A DNA stretch of 63,407 bases, the filler included, from Octopus bimaculoides (taxonomy: Eukaryota): the NCBI RefSeq assembly GCF_001194135.2. It is 7 parts of 7 records of this genome, joined end to end, with 100 filler letters (N's around TTAATTAATTAA, not from the genome) between each part and the next. Parts side by side here need not be neighbours in the genome. Positions count along the whole stretch, not along the records: positions 1 to 26,371 come from NC_068991.1; 6 more parts are not named here. One strand, 5' to 3'. Under the pieces are notes generated by a model. The model did not search any database. It had not been told where the DNA came from and saw only the letters and a program-made list of their open reading frames with translations. This document shows, in pieces, positions 1 to 13,049 of this stretch; the stretch's first letter is position 1; each line of letters opens with the position of its first letter. Position numbers and translations under genes: made by a program.

Positions 1-45
<45 letters not shown>

Positions 46-770
46 AGTTGCATGTACGTACGTGTGTGTTTGTATGTATATATGTCTGTCTTGTATGTTT
101 GTATGCATGCATTGCATGTATGCGTGTGTGTGTAATGATTTGGTGAAAATCCCCAAGAACAACAAATGATTTCTTGTTGGTGCAAGCCTACTTGTTGCCA
201 GAAGCAAAGAAATATGAACCAACCGGGATTACACCTGAATTAGCGACACGGAACTGTTTTCAACCAAGAATAATTTTGGGCGAGCAAAAAAACACAGCGG
301 AGATAAACACGGAAATTTCAATTGCATTCACTTCCAATGAAATCTATGAATATATGAATGCGGCCACACAACCACACCACCTTCGCTTTCCCCTTCACTG
401 TGTCTATATGTCTGTTGGTCTGTCCCCCACCCCTACCCCCTATTTTTCTATCCAGGTTCTACGCTCAGATCCTTGTTACTTGTGAGGATACCCCAGCACT
501 ACACCATCTCTCTTCTGGTCTCTCTTACACGTTTGCTGTTTCCTTTTCTCTCTCTTTCCCTTGGGCACTCTCTCTCTCCCTCTTTTCCCCCTCTCTCTCC
601 ATCTCTCTTTTCCTCTCTCCTCCTCCCTCTCTCTCCCCCTTCTCTTGTTTTCCTCTGACGAGGTAACCAAGTATCTTCTTCACATCAGCACACTTGTTTC
701 TGGCCTCTTTCTTGTACCTCTCTCTCACTCTCTCTTGTACCTCTCTCTCTCACTCTCTCTTCGCTCTGTC

Positions 771-843
<73 letters not shown>

Positions 844-1839
844 TTAAACTATGGCAATGACTTCAATGTCTCGACGGTTGTTGCCTTCAAACATTCACCG
901 GTCGTTGACTTCGGCAGAAATCAGTGATCNNNNNNNNNNNNNNNNNNNNNNNNNNNNNNNNNNNNNNNNNNNNNNNNNNNNNNNNNNNNNNNNNNNNNNN
1001 NNNNNNNNNNNNNNNNNNNNNNNNNNNNNNNNNNNNNNNNNNNNNNNNNNNNNNNNNNNNNNNNNNNNNNNNNNNNNNNNNNNNNNNNNNNNNNNNNNNN
1101 NNNNNNNNNNNNNNNNNNNNNNNNNNNNNNNNNNNNNNNNNNNNNNNNNNNNNNNNNNNNNNNNNNNNNNNNNNNNNNNNNNNNNNNNNNNNNNNNNNNN
1201 NNNNNNNNNNNNNNNNNNNNNNNNNNNNNNNNNNNNNNNNNNNNNNNNNNNNNNNNNNNNNNNNNNNNNNNNNNNNNNNNNNNNNNNNNNNNNNNNNNNN
1301 NNNNNNNNNNNNNNNNNNNNNNNNNNNNNNNNNNNNNNNNNNNNNNNNNNNNNNNNNNNNNNNNNNNNNNNNNNNNNNNNNNNNNNNNNNNNNNNNNNNN
1401 NNNNNNNNNNNNNNNNNNNNNNNNNNNNNNNNNNNNNNNNNNNNNNNNNNNNNNNNNNNNNNNNNNNNNNNNNNNNNNNNNNNNNNNNNNNNNNNNNNNN
1501 NNNNNNNNNNNNNNNNNNNNCACATACCTGTACATGCATCAGAGTTCATGCATATACATGTACATACGCAAAGACACATGTACACAGGCTTGTGCGTGTG
1601 TGTGTGTGTGTGTGTGTTATTGCATGTAAATTTCAGGTGGATTAAGACAGCCTGCTGAATGGCTTCATTAATAATCCTCATCTCTCAGATGATCTCATCT
1701 CTTTCTCCCCACCCACCTACACCTACACACACACATATGTATGTATGTTTATATATATATACATATGTACGTACATACGCATCATAGATGCGCACACATC
1801 AGCATTGCTTGGTTTACCGTTAAACGTCTCGTCTTCAAG

Positions 1840-1915
1840 ATGTCTGCCAGGTGTCTGTTGGTCATTGCTGCCGTCTTCCCAATCTTCGTCGCTGCGACGC
1901 CTTACCTGGAATGTG
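1840..1915 (+). CDS. NPC2: NPC2-like (ML domain) gene, coding exon 1: signal peptide MSARCLLVIAAVFPIFVAATPYLEC
   Basis: ATG at 1840, hydrophobic signal peptide, first conserved Cys, phase-1 donor G|GTCAGT at 1916. Same intron position as vertebrate NPC2 exon 1 (after KDC-G). Confidence 0.9.
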
Positions 1916-2345
1916 GTCAGTCGTCTTGTTTATGCCTTATACTTTATGCACCACATGCACATTTATGCATTCACGAATGCATGCACTTTTGAATAGATTT
2001 GTGTGTGTCTGTGTCCGTGTGGTCTCTTTCTCTATACCTTTACTTAACTCACACACACAAACACAAACGCACACATCTATTTATGTACACACACGCACAC
2101 ACACACACACACACGCACGCACACACGCACATACACATATACGCCGGACAAAATGCTTAGCATCATTTCGTCCGTCTTTACGTTCTGAGCTTAAATTCTG
2201 CAAAAGTCAACTTTGATCATCGTTTCGGACGAAAAAATGAATACCAGTCGTGTAATGGGGTCGATGCAGTTAACTGGCATACGCTGCTAAAATTTCAGGC
2301 TTCAAGCCTATAATTGAAAGGACTATATGATACGATAAAATAGGA

Positions 2346-2503
2346 CAGGGGCCGGACTGAGAGTATTAAGGGCCCTCGAGCATAACTGTTCAACAGGCCC
2401 CTTAGCACTGATATCAAAAAGAGTCAACATGTAGCGTGCGGGCCCCTCAGAGCTCCGGGCCCTCGGGCAGTGCCCGATTGATCGACGGCTCAGTCCGCCC
2501 CTG
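2346..2503. mobile_element. MITE with GC-rich terminal inverted repeats (hAT-like)
   Basis: TIRs CAGGGGCCGGACTGAG ... CTCAGTCCGCCCCTG, 158 bp, non-coding; no clear TSD. Confidence 0.7.
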
Positions 2504-2972
2504 TGATATGATATGATATGATATATATATATANNNNNNNNNNNNNNNNNNNNNNNNNNNNNNNNNNNNNNNNNNNNNNNNNNNNNNNNNNNNNNNNNNN
2601 NNNNNNNNNNNNNNNNNNNNNNNNNNNNNNNNNNNNNNNNNNNNNNNNNNNNNNNNNNNNNNNNNNNNNNNNNNNNNNNNNNNNNNNNNNNNNNNNNNNN
2701 NNNNNNNNNNNNNNNNNNNNNNNNNNNNNNNNNNNNNNNNNNNNNNNNNNNNNNNNNNNNNNNNNNNNNNNNNNNNNNNNNNNNNNNNNNNNNNNNNNNN
2801 NNNNNNNNNNNNNNNNNNNNNNNNNNNNNNNNNNNNNNNNNNNNNNNNNNNNNNNNNNNNNNNNNNNNNNNNNNNNNNNNNNNNNNNNNNNNNNNNNNNN
2901 NNNNNNNNNNNNNNNNNNNNNNNNNNNNNNNNNNNNNNNNNNNNNNNNNNNNNNNNNNNNNNNNNNNNNNNN

Positions 2973-3571
2973 TGAAAGAATTATTACTGTTAAAAACAGT
3001 AATAATGAGGTGGTTAGGAAGGCTTCTACCTTAATAGGTATAATATTTAAATATTTGAATAAAAGAAGGGTAAAAAATACCGCTTACCAAATATGAAAGC
3101 GAAAGCTTCAGAAAACCCACCAATCCTACGATAAATACACACACGAGCAACGCAATGAACACTTCAAAAAATAGGCCTAACTTCAGGATGGAATTTGCAG
3201 ATAGTTTACATACCCCAATATCAATTGATTTCATGCTGTGCATGAGAAAATATGCTCTGACGTAGTGAATATTTTGGAAATAGATATGACTCATGTTTTC
3301 TCATGCACAGCATGAAATCAATTGATATTGGAGTATGTAAAGTATCTTCAAATTCCATCCTGAAGTTAGGCCTATTTTTTGAAGTGTTCATTGCGTTGCT
3401 CGAGTGTGTATTTATCGTAGGATTGGTGGGTTTTGAAAGCTTTCGCTTTCATATTTGGCAAGTGGTATTTTTTACCCTTCTTTTATTCAAATATTTAATA
3501 TTATACCTATTAATGTAGAAGTCTTCCTAACGACCTCATTATTACTGTTTTTAACAGTAATAATGCTTTTA
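2973..3571. repeat. Long fold-back inverted repeat (~275-bp arms, ~40-bp loop)
   Basis: 2980-3254 is the reverse complement of 3292-3564 with about a dozen differences. Confidence 0.92.
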
Positions 3572-3979
3572 TATAGTTACTTTTATATATGTATATATAT
3601 ATGTGTGTGTGCATATATNNNNNNNNNNNNNNNNNNNNNNNNNNNNNNNNNNNNNNNNNNNNNNNNNNNNNNNNNNNNNNNNNNNNNNNNNNNNNNNNNN
3701 NNNNNNNNNNNNNNNNNNNNNNNNNNNNNNNNNNNNNNNNNNNNNNNNNNNNNNNNNNNNNNNNNNNNNNNNNNNNNNNNNNNNNNNNNNNNNNNNNNNN
3801 NNNNNNNNNNNNNNNNNNNNNTTATATAAATATTTAGGGAAATATATTTAAATTAAATATTATATTATTATAAAAAAAGAAACACATGTAAATATATTTG
3901 AAATAAATATTGTCCGAGAATAAAATCTTGAAATATTTATAAATGTGATTTAATATATTTTTTTCTTAATCTATTGAAG

Positions 3980-4090
3980 ATTCTGCCCATGGGACGGTCT
4001 TTGATGTCCGAGTGAGCAACTGTTCCGCCGAGGGACCGTGTATTTTGACCAGGAATCAAAATGTCTCAATCGAAGTGGATTTTGCACCGA
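3980..4090 (+). CDS. NPC2: NPC2-like gene, coding exon 2 (DSAHGTVFDVRVSNCSAEGPCILTRNQNVSIEVDFAP)
   Basis: Acceptor ttgaag|, donor A|GTAAGT, 111 bp, phase 1-1. Aligns by eye to NPC2 [36 protein letters not shown] with both Cys. Confidence 0.92.
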
Positions 4091-6088
4091 GTAAGTAACG
4101 TTGTTATTGTTATTTAACCCAATTCCAGCCCTGATCGAGCAAACCCTTATTCAAAGGCTCTCCAATCGTGACTTTCCGTTTTATGTTATTTCAGATACAT
4201 TATCCAGAAATAGGGTTCCTAGTCTCTTTTACATAACAACAAAGGTAGGGTGTCCGGCTCACGATCATAAGATTCTGATTTCGATTCTAGTCGGTACGTT
4301 GTGTCCTGCTCAAAGCAATTCATTTCATGTTACCCCAGTCCACTCAGCTGGCAGAAATGAGTAGGACCAGTATTTCAAAGGTAGTACCAGGGGTTCGTGA
4401 ACTAAATTCAAATTTCCATGAGTAAGCTGTTCCGTGGATCGGATCAACTGGCTAAGTGTAATATAGAAAAGACTATTGTTCATCGAACAGTAGACGCTGT
4501 CTCCGGAGGGACTTGAAAATCTCATTGCTTGCCTGTCGCCAGTTCAAACGAATTTAATAAATCAGGGGAGGTAACGGCGCTTACGGAGTCGTCCCCCTTC
4601 AGCTGAAATTTCCGTTGTAGCTACATTTTATTTCAATTATGATAGAAACTTTAACATTAAGAATTATTCTATAGCTCTGCAACGAAAGTGTACTTAAAAT
4701 CTGCTGATTCGCAAGTCACAGGGGAATTTTATGAAATGCCAAATCATTCACAATCCTAACGAATCACCAAACTTGGCTGGTATAAACGATACCATTAAAA
4801 TCTTAATAAACGAAGAAGTTCCAACATTAGTCAATATTTCTATAGAGATATTAAAGAACTGATGACACGTCATCATAAGAGCGGTTCATCGTTTCAAGAC
4901 AGAAGTATGATACCTTGACAGTGGAAAGATGTTAACGTGGTCACCATCTAGAAGAATAAGGGAGATGCTCGGTACACAGTAGTCTACCTGTGTATGTATG
5001 TATGTATGTATGTACGTACTTGAGTGTGTGTGTGTGTGTGTGCATGTGTGTATTTAAGTACGTACGTACGTACGGACTTGAGTGTGTGTGTGTACATAAG
5101 TTAGCATAAATTACTGTGTGTGTACATAAATTAGCATAAATTAGTGTGTGTATATAAAATTATAATTGCTTCGGTTCGTCTCCCTTACACCATGAGCATG
5201 CAGAAAAGGAAAGCTCCCTTCTCTATTTTAAATTTTTATATCTATCAAATATTTTTAATACTTACGGAGATGTACTTGCATAGTAAGTGACCTGATCTGA
5301 GATCGTGTGCTGGAACGAAAACAGTTGCAGCGTGGAAGGTGTTTATAAACCATTTAAAACACACACACAAAAAAAAAAAAAATCCGTTAGATTCACTTCA
5401 ACATTTAAATTTAATTTGCCAAAATATTTTTGTCGCTTTGAGACCGCGACCTGTTCACTGACAAAATTTCGTGTTTAGTTTTTACCTTCATACCTTAAAA
5501 TTTAATTTCATATCCTTTGCTAATTATTCTTTTATTATTCTCGCGTTAGTAAGAAAGGTAGATTTGTTGAATTAGTTGGGCGCTGGAGAAGACGCTTTGC
5601 AGAATTCCAGCCCGATATGTGGTTCAAATCCCGTCGAAGTCTATTTTATCTTTCATTACTCTAGGACCTCAAATTGCTCTTCTTAAATTGCCTAAATTGC
5701 AAACGCCCTCTTTGGCAAAAAAAAAAGAGAAAAAAAAAAGAACCTTCAGGTGATGAGCTACAAGCTGTGAATCACTGATATAGACCATGCTATTGTCGAG
5801 AAGATCTGATGTTCAAAGCCAACTGGTGAATGCAAAGAATATATTTCAATTTAATTTTCCCTCTTCAGTGAAGATTATTTCCAGTATAGGTCCGTCTGTC
5901 CATGAATGCCCTACATAAATCCACAATTTTCGTTTTGTTCGTTAATAAACGTTTGAAGAGCAACAACTATTCGGAAAGTCCGCCAAAGCATTCTATTGTA
6001 AAATTACTCGGCAACGACGGGATACTGACCCAGTGTGTGCATGAGTGTGTATACATACATACATACATACATACATACATTATTATTA

Positions 6089-6375
6089 TACACTGGGTGC
6101 GGTGAATGAACTGTCGTCTAAATTACGCAAAAATGAAAGTAATACTGGCATCTCATTTTAACAGATATATTTACCAAAATTACATAAAATATCTTGAAAT
6201 ACTGAAGAGTAAATTTATTCAATAAAATCGCCTTCGGCTTCAACCATGGCCTCCAAACGATTTCGGAATCTCCTGCAACTCTTCTTGACGGTCTCCTTGT
6301 TCAAGTTGGTGAGTGCTGCCATAATCCTTGCCTTCAGCTCATCTTTGGTGTTACAAGGAGTTTTGTTGGTCCCCC
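6089..6375 (-). mobile_element. Tc1/mariner (maT/DD37D-like) transposase C-terminus and TIR
   Basis: TNKTPCNTKDELKARIMAALTNLNKETVKKSCRRFRNRLEAMVEAEGDFIE* followed by a TA-flanked terminal sequence; same family as 17990 and 39265. Confidence 0.75.
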
Positions 6376-7026
6376 CCCTCTCTCTCTCTCTCNNNNNNNN
6401 NNNNNNNNNNNNNNNNNNNNNNNNNNNNNNNNNNNNNNNNNNNNNNNNNNNNNNNNNNNNNNNNNNNNNNNNNNNNNNNNNNNNNNNNNNNNNNNNNNNN
6501 NNNNNNNNNNNNNNNNNNNNNNNNNNNNNNNNNNNNNNNNNNNNNNNNNNNNNNNNNNNNNNNNNNNNNNNNNNNNNNNNNNNNNNNNNNNNNNNNNNNN
6601 NNNNNNNNNNNNNNNNNNNNNNNNNNNNNNNNNNNNNNNNNNNNNNNNNNNNNNNNNNNNNNNNNNNNNNNNNNNNNNNNNNNNNNNNNNNNNNNNNNNN
6701 NNNNNNNNNNNNNNNNNNNNNNNNNNNNNNNNNNNNNNNNNNNNNNNNNNNNNNNNNNNNNNNNNNNNNNNNNNNNNNNNNNNNNNNNNNNNNNNNNNNN
6801 NNNNNNNNNNNNNNNNNNNNNNNNNNNNNNNNNNNNNNNNNNNNNNNNNNNNNNNNNNNNNNNNNNNNNNNNNNNNNNNNNNNNNNNNNNNNNNNNNNNN
6901 NNNNNNNNNNNNNNNNNNNNNNNNNNNNNNNNNNNNNNNNNNNNNNNNNNNNNNNNNNNNNNNNNNNNNNNNNNNNNNNNNNNNNNNNNNNNNNNNNNNN
7001 NNNNNNNNNNNNNNNNNNNNNNNNNN

Positions 7027-7071
<45 letters not shown>

Positions 7072-7414
7072 CATCATTTATTGATAATCCAGCTTATAAT
7101 AAAGCTTCAATAATTGGTGAAAAAAGCAAGCATAAAGGCGAAACATGTAGAGAGTTGTCTCGTGTCCTTGTTCACACATTGCCAATTACATGAGTCACTG
7201 ATTAAAATTAGATCGTTATTTATTTTTTTGTAATTGTTTGTAATTGCTTGTAATTAGCTTTTAAATACTCCCTTCATTAAAGTGTTATTTTATATATTAA
7301 ATATTATTGTTTCACTTTATTACCACAGAATTAACAGAATGCCAGATAAATTACTTTGTGTTATCTCGTTACGATGCTTTACGCTCTGAGTTCAAATCCA
7401 GCATCGTTCTAGGA

Positions 7415-7710
7415 CACTGGTTCTCAACCGGGGCCCACATGACGCTTAGGGATCCATATAGAATTTTATTGGTAAAATTTATACAATTTATGTAATAAAT
7501 TAGTTATATTTTTACAAAGCACAAAATATTTTAACAATTTTTTAAATACAATATAAAAGTATAAAAGGACTTTTAAAAAGAGCTCCGATCCGACCATCAC
7601 AAATCCGCGGACTATGTTATCTAATGCAGTGGTTCCCAACCTGGGGTCCGTGGACCCCTGGTGGTGGCAAAGGTAGTACTAGGGGTTCGTGAACTAAATT
7701 CAAAATTTCA
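7415..7710. mobile_element. Degraded hAT/Charlie-like MITE
   Basis: CAGTGGTTCCCAACC and CACTGGTTCTCAACC terminal motifs; shares a segment with 4375-4410. Confidence 0.4.
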
Positions 7711-10011
7711 TATATATACAGTGTGCGGCACCAGATTCCGCCGAGGTCGACTTTGCCATTCATCCATTTTGCGTCGATAAACTCAGTACCAGTTGCACAC
7801 TGGGGTCGATCTAATCGACTGGCCCCTCCCCCAAAATTTCAGGCCTTGTACTTATAGTAGAAAGCATTATTTATATGAGGTTTAAAAGTGGTTAGGGGTT
7901 CAATTTCACAGCATGGAATCTCGGGCAAGTGTAAATGAATTTGACAGACAGAAACTGTGAGGAAGCCCGCTGTATGTGTGTGAGTGTGTGTGTGAAGGGG
8001 CTTGTATGTATGNNNNNNNNNNNNNNNNNNNNNNNNNNNNNNNNNNNNNNNNNNNNNNNNNNNNNNNNNNNNNNNNNNNNNNNNNNNNNNNNNNNNNNNN
8101 NNNNNNNNNNNNNNNNNNNNNNNNNNNNNNNNNNNNNNNNNNNNNNNNNNNNNNNNNNNNNNNNNNNNNNNNNNNNNNNNNNNNNNNNNNNNNNNNNNNN
8201 NNNNNNNNNNNNNNNNNNNNNNNNNNNNNNNNNNNNNNNNNNNNNNNNNNNNNNNNNNNNNNNNNNNNNNNNNNNNNNNNNNNNNNNNNNNNNNNNNNNN
8301 NNNNNNNNNNNNNNNNNNNNNNNNNNNNNNNNNNNNNNNNNNNNNNNNNNNNNNNNNNNNNNNNNNNNNNNNNNNNNNNNNNNNNNNNNNNNNNNNNNNN
8401 NNNNNNNNNNNNNNNNNNNNNNNNNNNNNNNNNNNNNNNNNNNNNNNNNNNNNNNNNNNNNNNNNNNNNNNNNNNNNNNNNNNNNNNNNNNNNNNNNNNN
8501 NNNNNNNNNNNNNNNNNNNNNNNNNNNNNNNNNNNNNNNNNNNNNNNNNNNNNNNNNNNNNNNNNNNNNNNNNNNNNNNNNNNNNNNNNNNNNNNNNNNN
8601 NNNNNNNNNNNNNNNNNNNNNNNNNNNNNNNNNNNNNNNNNNNNNNNNNNNNNNNNNNNNNNNNNNNNNNNNNNNNNNNNNNNNNNNNNNNNNNNNNNNN
8701 NNNNNNNNNNNNNNNNNNNNNNNNNNNNNNNNNNNNNNNNNNNNNNNNNNNNNNNNNNNNNNNNNNNNNNNNNNNNNNNNNNNNNNNNNNNNNNNNNNNN
8801 NNNNNNNNNNNNNNNNNNNNNNNNNNNNNNNNNNNNNNNNNNNNNNNNNNNNNNNNNNNNNNNNNNNNNNNNNNNNNNNNNNNNNNNNNNNNNNNNNNNN
8901 NNNNNNNNNNNNNNNNNNNNNNNNNNNNNNNNNNNNNNNNNNNNNNNNNNNNNNNNNNNNNNNNNNNNNNNNNNNNNNNNNNNNNNNNNNNNNNTATATA
9001 TATTACGGAGATGTACTTGCATAGCAAGTGGCCTGATCTGAGATCGTGTGCTGGAACGAAATGCACTGACGAGGATTTGGCCAGCCCGAGACTATAGTAG
9101 AGAATGGCTGCCCAAGGTGCCACACACTGCGACTAAACCCGGAAGTATGTGACTGGGAAGCGAGCCTCTTCCCACACAGCCACGCCTGCAAACTACGTTA
9201 TTAATTTTCTATTTTGATTTACGCAATTTACCTGTTTCGAAAGACACAGTTTGGTGGAATTTTGGCCGCTATTTCTAGCATATTGAGCAATCACGTAAAC
9301 ATTCCTGCGAGAGCTGGTGAATGCAAGTAGGAGAGGTCAGGAATGAAGAAGGCCAAGGATTAGAGTTTATAAATAATACGAAGTAGGTTAATGGCGTCGT
9401 TAAGTTTGTTTATATTTTCCAGCAGAGGACATTTAGAGGTGTTGGCAGTTGTTATAATGAACGTCACAGCAGTTGATAGGTAGGTCGCTATTGAAAGGAG
9501 TAGCCACATCTAAGTGGACAGAGTTTGTGCACGCACGGCGATAGGTACGTGTAGACGTCTGTATGGTTAAATATGTATCGCGTGTGCGAGAGGGAAAAAA
9601 TAATGTTATAACTCTCCCCCCCTCTCTCTCTCTCTCTCTCACACACACTCTCTCTCTCTCTCTCACACACTCTCTCTATATATATCCATGTATTGCCAAG
9701 GGAAAGTAGATATGTTGTATGCGTAAAAGGGAAAGGGCTGGCTGTTAAAGTGCTCCTTAGAGTCGGGAGTGCTGCAATGACGTCCTATGATTCTATGACG
9801 AAAATGTGACATCAAACGGAAATTAGAAATTGGATATCCATTGGGTTGTCTCCCTTCGTGAAGTGATTTCACCAGAGAAACACGATTCCAGAGTCGCACG
9901 CACATACACGCACGCACACACTCTCACACACACGCACACTAACACTTGATAGACAAACTTACGTATGCGCAAATGTGTATGTGAATGTTACTATATCTGT
10001 TCAGGCTTTTG

Positions 10012-10071
<60 letters not shown>

Positions 10072-10125
10072 TGTATGTGCATGTGTGTGCGTGTATGTGT
10101 GTGTGTGTGTGTGTATGTGTGTGTA

Positions 10126-10330
10126 AGGCGGCGAGCTGGCAGAATCCTTAGCATATTGGACAAAAATGTTTAGTAACACTTCTTCCGGATCTTTACGTAC
10201 TGAGTTCAAACCCTGCAGAGGTCAACTTTGTCTTTCATCCCTTCGGGATAAAAGAAAGTACCAATCAAATACTGTTGCTGATATAATCGACCAGCCCCTT
10301 TCTCTCAAAAATTGCTGGTCTTGAACTCTG
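10126..10330 (+). mobile_element. tRNA-derived SINE, family 1
   Basis: Head GGCGGCGAGCTGGCAGAA, B-box GAGTTCAAA, GAGGTC(G/A)ACTTTG body. Further copies at 2140-2330, 7735-7870 and 11752-11830. Confidence 0.85.
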
Positions 10331-10549
10331 CAACGGACAGGCGTCTCCTTCAGAGATGATGTTGTGATCTCGGTCACTTCTATGTCATGGAAAGCGGCAA
10401 CAGGCATTACGTGTCCTAGGGCTGAAAAAAGAAAAAAAAAAGCGTCTGTGGAAGACGAAACATCCGTGGATCCCTGGATGAAGCGCTTGCGTTTGCCATT
10501 CACTGATGTGTCCAAATATATATATTTCTATATATATTTCTATTTTCGG

Positions 10550-10700
10550 GTTATCACGTCGATGGCTCGGCTCTCATCAAGCGTCCAACCAAGCAACCCA
10601 AATGTTGGTATGAGTACTGGCACTGCAAACACATCGTGGGCCACTATTTTATTAAAGGCAGAGAGTTCTGAGGTCCAAATTTTCTTTATTCGGCTGTAAG
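10550..10700 (-). mobile_element. R4/Dong-like non-LTR retrotransposon fragment (post-RT region)
   Basis: IWTSELSAFNKIVAHDVFAVPVLIPTFGLLGWTLDESRAIDVITRK fits the R4-clade pattern NK..A.N.FAVPVL.Y.FG...W. Confidence 0.65.
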
Positions 10701-10949
10701 ATTCTTTAGTGACACATGTTTTGTTACAGGTGCCATTGTAAACTATATTTTAATCCACCCCTAGGTACCTGTAAAATTCCTCGTCAGTATGTATACTTAG
10801 TGACTTCATTCCCGGAATTTTATATTCTAAGCTCACGAAACTTTATGACACGTGGAGCTGAGTCAAACTGTCATGAAGTACATACAACTACAGCTTAAAA
10901 GTGTTGGACGCAACTTTTTTCCGTTCGTTCACTCCTTCTCAGTTTCAAG

Positions 10950-11700
10950 CTCTGGCTCCAGAGTAATTAGAAAACGGATAACATAATCGTCTTAACGGCG
11001 CTGAGTCAGTATAATCTGCAAATTTATCACATTTTTACTGCTCGGCTATTGGTGGGATAGGTAATTTCAACCGGTCATTGATTTTGTTCCGAGACGACAC
11101 TTGCAGAGGTTCGTAACAATCCTAGCCACTTGCATCCGCTCGATAATCTCAACACACGTCAGTGAAACTTCATGCTACATCCAAAACCACTCCTTCTGTC
11201 TGGGATGCAATAGAAATTGCATATGTCGAAGCTTGAACTTTCCTACGACTGATGTTTTGTCCATTGACAGTTCGTTCACTCGCCATTTTTTGGATTTTGT
11301 CCTCCTCACTTCTATCTTTGATAGAAGTATGATATTTGTGACCGATTAGCATACTTTTTCCAGACTCTTCACTCTAAAGTGGGCATGGCTTCTGCAACCT
11401 CGCATTTCGCTTCTTTTTACTTCCATTTGACGAGAGTTACACAACACGATTTCTTTGCTTTAAAACTCATCCTTGTCCAGCTTATCAAATTATCCAGTTA
11501 GTGCAGTATTTCTCCTCTGAATTTGCGCCCTTTCTTAAAAATGCTACATCGTCCACTATAACATTATTTGAGAAACAGATCTCTATTCTGTGGCCGGAGA
11601 TCATTGTAGGATGACTTCAATTCGAAGTATGAACCATAAAATATTGTATGCCAAGCTTCAATTCCTGCCCTCAGTTTGTACCAAGCCGTTATATGATATG
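10950..11700 (-). mobile_element. Decayed HERO-like (R2 superfamily) LINE reverse transcriptase
   Basis: Frameshifted (M)DDVAFL, SWTRMSFKAKKSCC, GKFKL..QF.LHPR, HEVSLTCVEIIERM, LKLPI motifs. Confidence 0.6.
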
Positions 11701-12149
11701 TTGTGGTAAAGCGCATGTAGAACTTACAATAATATTACACCATAAATAGGGGGCGAGCTTGAAGAATCGTCAGCACACCGGGCAAAATGCTTTGCGACAT
11801 TTCCTCCATCTTGAACGTCTGAATCTTGAACTGAATCTTTTAAAGAAATTATGGAATTTTTTCATATATAGGTTTATCTTTCTATAGGATTGACTATTAA
11901 TCAAAAATAGTGTATCATCTTTGTAGAGTCCAACTTTAATGTCAGGAAATTCATTGTGGAAATGATATAGTATGCATATACCTACTAAGCCTGTAATCTT
12001 TTATCATATCATATTCATGGTATATTATAGTATAAATAAATTATTGGATTGTCAATTGTATCTCTCTATTTAATTTATGTATGTATGTATGTATGTATGT
12101 ATGTATGTATGTATGTATGTATGTATGTATGTGTGTATGTATGTATGCA

Positions 12150-12660
12150 TGTATGGTGGTCCGAAAGTAATGCAAAAATAAGAGTATCTCCTTTCTCAAG
12201 TATGAGTCGTTCAAACTGTTTGGGGCGTAACTCTTCATCTTGTGACTGTTTTTCCTGTTCTCCTTCAGCGCAGGCAAATAATAGGTTTGAAGCATTAACA
12301 ACGTACATGACGAAGGCAGGTTGTAGACTGTCCAACATCTACAGACGTCTACAGATGCAACGTGTGTTGATGGATGAAGAAGTTTAAAAGAGTGAGAATA
12401 CCATTGAAGACAAGTCATGAATACAACCATAACAATGCGTAACCACACACACAAATTAGCAGCAAATTGGGCTGACCAGTGGTCACTCATCCACCCACCG
12501 TATAGTCAGAAACTGGGGTGGCCCCGACTACCACTTGTTTGATCCAACGAAGAACAGTCTAATTTGAGAACGATTTGATGTCACAGACAAGTTGAAAGCG
12601 GTTGGAAAGAAATTAACAGAACTGCACTCAACAATGGCACAAATGCATGAATAATACCTT
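12150..12660 (+). mobile_element. Internally deleted mariner element
   Basis: TIR-like GGTGGTCCGAAAGTAATGCA, N-terminal MTKAGCRLSNIYRRLQ, C-terminal PPYSQ..DYHLFDPTKNSL (cf. PPYSPDLAPSDYHLF). Confidence 0.6.
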
Positions 12661-13049
12661 TGTACCGGGGAAGAGATTACCAACATGGGCAATTAATAAC
12701 AATGTCAATTAATAACAACAATATGGCCCCTTTTGCGCTACTTTCGGTACAACTCTCGGGTATGTATATGCATGTGTGTTCCTTATGAAAACAATATACA
12801 AACGTGGGAAAAATAACACACGACATTTCAGTACACTTTGTAACTGTTAAGAAGAACTAATCTCTAACATTCAGCGATAAAAAAAAAACGAGGACTAAAG
12901 TACACGAATAAATAGATAAATAGAGTATCAGAATATCGTTAAAACACTATTTCCCTTTATTTTTTTAGAAAATGTCATTGCTCAGTCCAAACGACTCAAT
13001 GCCTCCAGCTGAAATCAATGGCTCAATCCTCCAACCTCATATTTCGCCT

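Noticed and set aside
10732-10830. Alternative NPC2 exon 2 (GAIVNYILIHP.../GTCKIPRQ)
   Set aside because: In-frame stop in the required phase; a far better exon 2 exists at 3980-4090.
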